A stretch of 35,003 nucleotides of DNA from Alphaproteobacteria bacterium (GTDB taxonomy: Bacteria > Pseudomonadota > Alphaproteobacteria > Rhodospirillales > Rhodospirillaceae): positions 1-35,003 of the forward strand of contig QKGW01000032.1 in NCBI GenBank assembly GCA_003250275.1, written 5' to 3'. Positions 29,407 to 35,003 of this stretch are shown here, one piece after another. Under the pieces are notes generated by a model, which had not been told where the DNA came from, ran no database searches, and saw only the letters and a list, made by a program, of their open reading frames with translations. The first letter of the stretch is position 1; every line of letters starts with the position of its first letter. Made by a program: the position numbers and the translations under genes.

Positions 29407-30273
29407 ATGTTCGTTCTGATCGGTTTCGCGACGGTTATCGGGTGTGTGCTCGGCGGCTATCTGATGGTCGGCGGACATCTCTCGGTCCTGAATCAACCGT
29501 CCGAGTTCATCATCATTTTCGGTGCCGCGTTCGGTTCGTTCCTGGTCGGCAATCCCAAGAACGTCATCTTCGCCTCGGGCAAGGCATTCGGCACCTTAAT
29601 CAAGGGATCGCCGCACACCAAGAAATCGTATCTCGAACTGTTGACGATGCTCTACCAGATCTTCCGGCTGGCCAAGACCAAGGGCGACCTCGCCCTTGAG
29701 AGCCACGTCGAGAAGCCCGAAGAGAGCCCGATCTTCTCGGCCTATCCTTCGTTCTCGAAGGACCACCATGCGCTCGCGTTTCTCTGCGATTACTTGCGCC
29801 TGCTGACCCTCGGCACCAACAACGCCCACGAGGTCGAGACGATCATCGAAGGCGAAATCGAGGCGCACCACCACGAATTGACGATGGTGTCCGGTGCGTT
29901 CACCAACATCGCCGACGGCACGCCCGCGCTCGGCATCGTCGCCGCGGTGCTGGGCGTGATCCACACCATGGGCTCGATCACCGAGCCGCCCGAGGTCCTC
30001 GGCCACCTGATCGGCGGCGCACTCGTCGGCACCTTCGCCGGTGTGCTGATCGCCTATGGTTTCATCGGCCCGATCGGCCGCGCGCTCGAAAATACGTACG
30101 CAGCCGAGACCGACTTCTACAAGTCGATCCGCACCGCGATCCTTGCGCACATGCAGGGTTACGCGCCGCAGGTTTCGGTCGAGTTCGCACGCAAGGTCTT
30201 GCCGCCGCACATGCGTCCGAGCTTCCAGGAAGTTGAAGAGGCGATCGGCAACGCCGGGTCCGACGCGGGTTAA
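29407..30273 (+). CDS. motA: Flagellar motor stator protein MotA
   Basis: QPSEFIIIFGAA, KTKGDLALESHVE, PALGIVAAVLGV, IGGALVGTFAG, VEFARK. Start ATG 29407. Confidence 0.96.
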   Translation: MFVLIGFATVIGCVLGGYLMVGGHLSVLNQPSEFIIIFGAAFGSFLVGNPKNVIFASGKAFGTLIKGSPHTKKSYLELLTMLYQIFRLAKTKGDLALESHVEKPEESPIFSAYPSFSKDHHALAFLCDYLRLLTLGTNNAHEVETIIEGEIEAHHHELTMVSGAFTNIADGTPALGIVAAVLGVIHTMGSITEPPEVLGHLIGGALVGTFAGVLIAYGFIGPIGRALENTYAAETDFYKSIRTAILAHMQGYAPQVSVEFARKVLPPHMRPSFQEVEEAIGNAGSDAG

Positions 30274-30297
30274 GCGTTAGCGCAGCGAGGGACCCCC

Positions 30298-31212
30298 ATG
30301 GCGGAAGACGGCAAGAAGCCGATCATCAAGAAGGTCATCAAGAAGGGCGGACACGGCCATCACGGCGGCGCGTGGAAGATCGCCTACGCCGACTTCATGA
30401 CTGCGATGATGGCGTTCTTCCTGCTGATGTGGCTGCTGAACTCGGTGACGGAACAGCAACTCCAGGGCATCGCGGACTACTTCGCGCCGACCTCGGTTTC
30501 CCTGAGCAGCAGCGGCGCGGGCGGGATGCTCGGCGGCAAGGTGATCGGCGAAGGCGTGCTCACCAGCAACTCCAGTTCCTCGTTCGACCCGACGCTGCCG
30601 CCGCCGACCTTCAACAACGGCGAATCCGACTCCCAGCAGGACGAGGTCAGCCCCGCCAGCGTTCAGCAGGCCCAAGCGGAAAAAGAGCAGAAGCAGTTCG
30701 AGGAAACCGCCGAGGAGCTGCGTCAGGCGGTCTCGGGGATCCCCGAACTCAAGGAACTCGCCAAGAACCTCCTGATCGACAACACCCCGGAAGGCCTGCG
30801 CATCCAGATCGTCGACCAGGCGGGCAGCGCGATGTTCCCATCCGGTTCGAGCCGGATGAGCCCGCAGATGCGCCGCCTTCTCGGCCTCGTCGTCACCGCG
30901 ATCAAGGATGTGCCGAAGCAGGTCGCGATCGCCGGGCACACCGATTCGACCAAGTACGCCAACCCCAACGGCTACGGCAACTGGGAGCTTTCCGCCGATC
31001 GCGCGCTCGCTTCGCGGCGTGCGCTGGTGGAGATGGGCTTCCCCGAAACCCGCGTGCACCGCGTCACCGGACGGGCCGACGCCGATCCCCTGGTTGCAGA
31101 CGACCCCAACAATCCCCAGAATCGACGAATCAGCATCGTGCTGCTGCGCGACAGCATCGCCGCCGCCGACAAGGAACGGGCGACGCCGAAGTCCCTCGGA
31201 CTCACCCGTTAG
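30298..31212 (+). CDS. motB: Flagellar motor stator protein MotB
   Basis: HHGGAWKIAYADFMTAMMAFFLLMWL with the proton-binding Asp; OmpA-like domain GHTD, NWELSADRA, NRRISI. Confidence 0.97.
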   Translation: MAEDGKKPIIKKVIKKGGHGHHGGAWKIAYADFMTAMMAFFLLMWLLNSVTEQQLQGIADYFAPTSVSLSSSGAGGMLGGKVIGEGVLTSNSSSSFDPTLPPPTFNNGESDSQQDEVSPASVQQAQAEKEQKQFEETAEELRQAVSGIPELKELAKNLLIDNTPEGLRIQIVDQAGSAMFPSGSSRMSPQMRRLLGLVVTAIKDVPKQVAIAGHTDSTKYANPNGYGNWELSADRALASRRALVEMGFPETRVHRVTGRADADPLVADDPNNPQNRRISIVLLRDSIAAADKERATPKSLGLTR

Positions 31213-31941
31213 CGGGGGGCACCGCGCGCCCGGTCAACGATTGAGGCGCCATGAAGAGCTTTCGCACCGATTCCTACGTCTTTCATACGACCGCTCCCGC
31301 GCCGTGCCCGTATCTGCCCAACCGCCTCGAACGCAAAGTGGTGACGGAACTCGCGCAAGGCGACCCGGTGAAGTTTCACGAGGTGCTTTCGCGCTCGGGC
31401 TTCCGCCGCAGCCACGCCATCGCCTACGCGCCCGCGTGTCCGGGCTGTTCCGCCTGCGTACCGGTGCGCATCGCGGTGGAGCACTTCGAGGAGTCCCGCA
31501 CCTTCCGCAAGCTCCGGCGCGCCAACGCCGACCTCGCCGTTCTCCCGAGCCTGGCGCGGGCGAGCGGCGAGCAGCACCGCCTGTTCCTCGCCTACCAGGA
31601 TACCCGCCACGCCGGCGGCGACATGGCGTCGATGGAATTCCACGAATACCGGGCGATGATCGAAGACAGCCCGATCGAAACGCTGCTCTACGAATTCCGC
31701 GATCCCGACGAGCGGTTGATCGCGGCGGTGCTCACCGACGTGATGGATGACGGACTTTCGGCGGTGTATTCGTTCTACCGGCCCGACCTGCCGAAGCGCA
31801 GCCTCGGCACCTTCGCGGTGCTGACCCTGGTCGACGCCTGCCGCGCCCTCGGCCTGCCCTATCTCTATCTCGGTTACTGGATCGCGGAGAGCCGCAAGAT
31901 GGCCTACAAGAGCCGCTTCCGCCCGCTCGAAGGCTACGGCG

Positions 31942-32907
<966 letters not shown>

Positions 32908-32991
32908 TCCCGAGCCCAGGCCAGCAGCGGAGAACCCTACCAGAGTCCCGATATGGCGCGCGTGGGGTCGAGTTAAACCCTGCGTAGCAAT

Positions 32992-33771
32992 TTAGTCGTC
33001 TTCGCTACTGACGACGAGCTGCACGATTTCGCCGTTGAAGGCGGTCGCGCCGTACTCGATCGGCTGCCCCTCGGCGTCGATGTTGACCGCCTCGGTGATC
33101 AGAACCGGGCGGTTCTTCGGCTGCTTGAGCAGTTCGGCTTCCTCCACCGTCGGCATCCGCGCGGTGATCCGCGTGCTTTTGCGGGTGTAGTCGAAGATGC
33201 CGAAGTACGCGTGCGTCGCGGTGATCGAGCAACGCTGGCGGTAGATGTCGAGGAAGCCCTCGAAACGGCGCTGCGGAAAATAGTGATCGGCGAGGCTCAC
33301 CGGGCGGCCGTCGGCGTGGGAGAGATGCCGCATCCAGATCGTCGGCTCGCCGTCGGCGAGGCCGAGCGCGCGCGCCACCGCGGGCGGCGCGGGGCGTTCG
33401 CCGGACTCGAGGATCGCGCCCGAGGGCTCGCGATTCTGCCGCCGGATGTTCTCGGAAAAGCGGGTGCGGCGCGACACCTGATAGTCGATCACGTTCTCGT
33501 GGACGAAGGTGCCCCGCCCGCGCTCGACGCGGATCAGGCTCGCCGCTTCAAGCTCCGCGAGCGCGCGCCGAATCGTGTGCCGGTTGACCGCGAAATGGGC
33601 CGCAAGGGTGAATTCGGTCGGCAATTGGGTGCCCGGCAGCGCCTTTCCCGAGCGGATCGCCTGGGTGAGCGCCGTCTCCACCTGCCGCCACAGCGGCACG
33701 CCGGCAACCCGCGGAAGCGGCTCCAGATCGTTGAGAATCTGGCCGAAACCCTCGGCCGAATCGGGCTTCAT
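32992..33771 (-). CDS. phnF: Phosphonate metabolism regulator PhnF (GntR/HutC, UTRA domain)
   Basis: LWRQV, LPTE..LA..F.VNRHTIRRAL, GRGTFV, RTRFSENI. Divergent from phnG. Confidence 0.95.
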   Translation of the reverse strand: MKPDSAEGFGQILNDLEPLPRVAGVPLWRQVETALTQAIRSGKALPGTQLPTEFTLAAHFAVNRHTIRRALAELEAASLIRVERGRGTFVHENVIDYQVSRRTRFSENIRRQNREPSGAILESGERPAPPAVARALGLADGEPTIWMRHLSHADGRPVSLADHYFPQRRFEGFLDIYRQRCSITATHAYFGIFDYTRKSTRITARMPTVEEAELLKQPKNRPVLITEAVNIDAEGQPIEYGATAFNGEIVQLVVSSEDD

Positions 33772-33842
33772 GGTTCCCCCACAAAAGCTTCACGAAATCG
33801 GGCTTTCCCGATTGGTGGAGATCGTACTAGCATGTGGGCATG

Positions 33843-33854
33843 TTGTCTAGACAA
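33843..33854. promoter_or_regulatory. Probable PhnF operator
   Basis: Perfect palindrome TTGTCTAGACAA matches the HutC-subfamily GTnTAnAC pattern. It lies just downstream of a possible TTCCCG-N17-TAGCAT promoter (33805-33833). Confidence 0.75.
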
Positions 33855-33863
33855 AGGTTGGAC

Positions 33864-34325
33864 ATGAACCACGAGTTGTCTACATCCGGGCTCCCCGCCG
33901 CGCGCCGCCGCTGGATGCGTCTATGCGCCCTCGCCGATCGTGATACCCTCGAGGCCGCGGTGAGCGAGGCGGCAGAGGGCGATCTTCGCTGGCTGCGCCC
34001 GCCGGAAACCGGCCTGGTCATGGTCCGCGGCCGCATCGGCGGCGGCGGCGCTCCCTTCAATCTCGGCGAAATGCCGGTGACGCGCTGCTCGGTCGCGCTG
34101 CCTTCGGGCGGCGTCGGCCACGCCTACGTCGCCGGGCGCGACGCCCGCAAGGCCCGCGCCGCTGCGCTGGTCGACGCGCTGATGCAGACCCCCGAGTTCG
34201 CCGAGCGGCTGGAACGCGACCTGCTCGCCCCGCTCGCCGAAGCCCTCGCCGCGCGCGACGCCGCGGCGGACCGCAAGGTGGCGGCGACGCGCGTCGACTT
34301 CTTCACCATGGTTCGAGGAGATTGA
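33864..34325 (+). CDS. phnG: C-P lyase subunit PhnG
   Basis: RRRWM..CA, LRPPETGLVMVRGRIGGGGAPFNLGE..VTRC, ATRVDFFTMVRGD. Confidence 0.96.
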   Translation: MNHELSTSGLPAARRRWMRLCALADRDTLEAAVSEAAEGDLRWLRPPETGLVMVRGRIGGGGAPFNLGEMPVTRCSVALPSGGVGHAYVAGRDARKARAAALVDALMQTPEFAERLERDLLAPLAEALAARDAAADRKVAATRVDFFTMVRGD

Positions 34326-34330
34326 GGCCG

Positions 34331-34978
34331 ATGATCCCCTTCCCCTCCCACGGCAACGCGACGCTGCCGCACATTCCCTCGCCCGGTTTCGCCGATCCGG
34401 TGCGCGACGCGCAGCGCTGCTTCCGCCGCGTGCTCACCGCGCTCAGCTACCCCGGACGCCCGCAGGACCTGCGCGGACTGTTGTCGGTGGCCCCCGCGCC
34501 GCTCCACCCGACAACCGCCGCGCTGTGTCTGGCGCTACTCGACATCGACACCCAGGTCTGGCTCGAAGGCGAAATCGACACCCCCGACGTGCGCCAGTTC
34601 CTGTCCTTCCACTGCGGCTGCCCGATCGCCGCGCACCCCGGCGAAGCCGCCTTCGCGGTGCTCGCGATCGCCGACGCGGCGGGGACGCTCGACGCCTATC
34701 ACGTCGGCACGCCGGAATACCCGGACCGCGCCGCGACCCTGCTGATCCAGACCTCCGCGGTGACCGGCGGCGTGGCGGCGAGCGCCGCGGGCCCCGGCAT
34801 TCCCGAACGCCAGACCTTCGAGATCGCGGGCGCGACGCCCGCCCTGTGGACGCAGCGCGCGCGCATCAACGCCGGCTTTCCCACCGGCCTCGACATGGTG
34901 TTCATCGACCCGCGCCAGATCGTCGGACTGCCGCGTGCGGTCCGCATCGCCACGGAGGCTTCATGTACGTCGCGGTAA
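34331..34978 (+). CDS. phnH: C-P lyase subunit PhnH
   Basis: GFADPVRDAQRCFR..L.ALSYPG, LSFHCG, GTPEYPDRAAT, GPGI, FPTGLD, GLPR. Start ATG 34331 (alternative TTG 34322). Confidence 0.95.
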   Translation: MIPFPSHGNATLPHIPSPGFADPVRDAQRCFRRVLTALSYPGRPQDLRGLLSVAPAPLHPTTAALCLALLDIDTQVWLEGEIDTPDVRQFLSFHCGCPIAAHPGEAAFAVLAIADAAGTLDAYHVGTPEYPDRAATLLIQTSAVTGGVAASAAGPGIPERQTFEIAGATPALWTQRARINAGFPTGLDMVFIDPRQIVGLPRAVRIATEASCTSR

Positions 34979-35003
34979 AGGGTGGCGAGAAAGCCATCGA
35001 CAA
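34963..35003 (+). CDS. phnI: C-P lyase subunit PhnI (5' end only)
   Basis: ATG 34963 gives MYVAVKGGEKAID, the hallmark PhnI N-terminus. GGAGG RBS; follows phnH. Confidence 0.93.
   Translation, partial: MYVAVKGGEKAID

Noticed and set aside
29407-31212. motAB as a ZorAB-like defence module or an ExbBD/TolQR motor
   Set aside because: The sequences carry standard flagellar stator motifs (WKIAYADFMTAMMAFF). MotA is normal length without a long tail, and there are no zorC/D/E neighbours.

Overview
This is a high-GC alphaproteobacterial (Rhodospirillales-like) chromosomal window made almost entirely of core genes. In order: the dusB(nifR3)-ntrB-ntrC-ntrY-ntrX-trkA cluster, divergent ispDF, cutA, a small conserved hypothetical gene and tRNA-Pro(GGG); the cbp3-like/yceD-rpmF-plsX-fabH-ihfA-MerR run, bamE and a K+-independent H+-pyrophosphatase; the rpiB-glyA-nrdR-ribD-ribE-ribBX-ribH-nusB-thiL run ending in a FliL-like gene; then mucR, a small hypothetical gene, metY coupled to a threonine ammonia-lyase, isolated motAB, ate/bpt, a PAS-GGDEF diguanylate cyclase, phnF and the start of the C-P lyase operon (phnG, phnH, phnI). 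I see no mobile element, prophage, CRISPR array or defence island, and I cannot support a wholly new multi-gene system. The most unusual signal is a lumazine synthase (RibH) with several conserved active-site residues replaced (F22, G55/A56, H88 and K135 equivalents). It sits beside a RibBX with a dead cyclohydrolase domain and appears to have its own internal promoter. Other points worth checking are the FliL-like gene coupled to thiL, a Cys-rich PAS sensor on the cyclase that overlaps the motAB-ate unit, and several unexplained palindromes or direct repeats in promoter regions. All assignments come from motif recognition and gene order, not database searches. Several start codons were re-chosen from ribosome-binding-site evidence.
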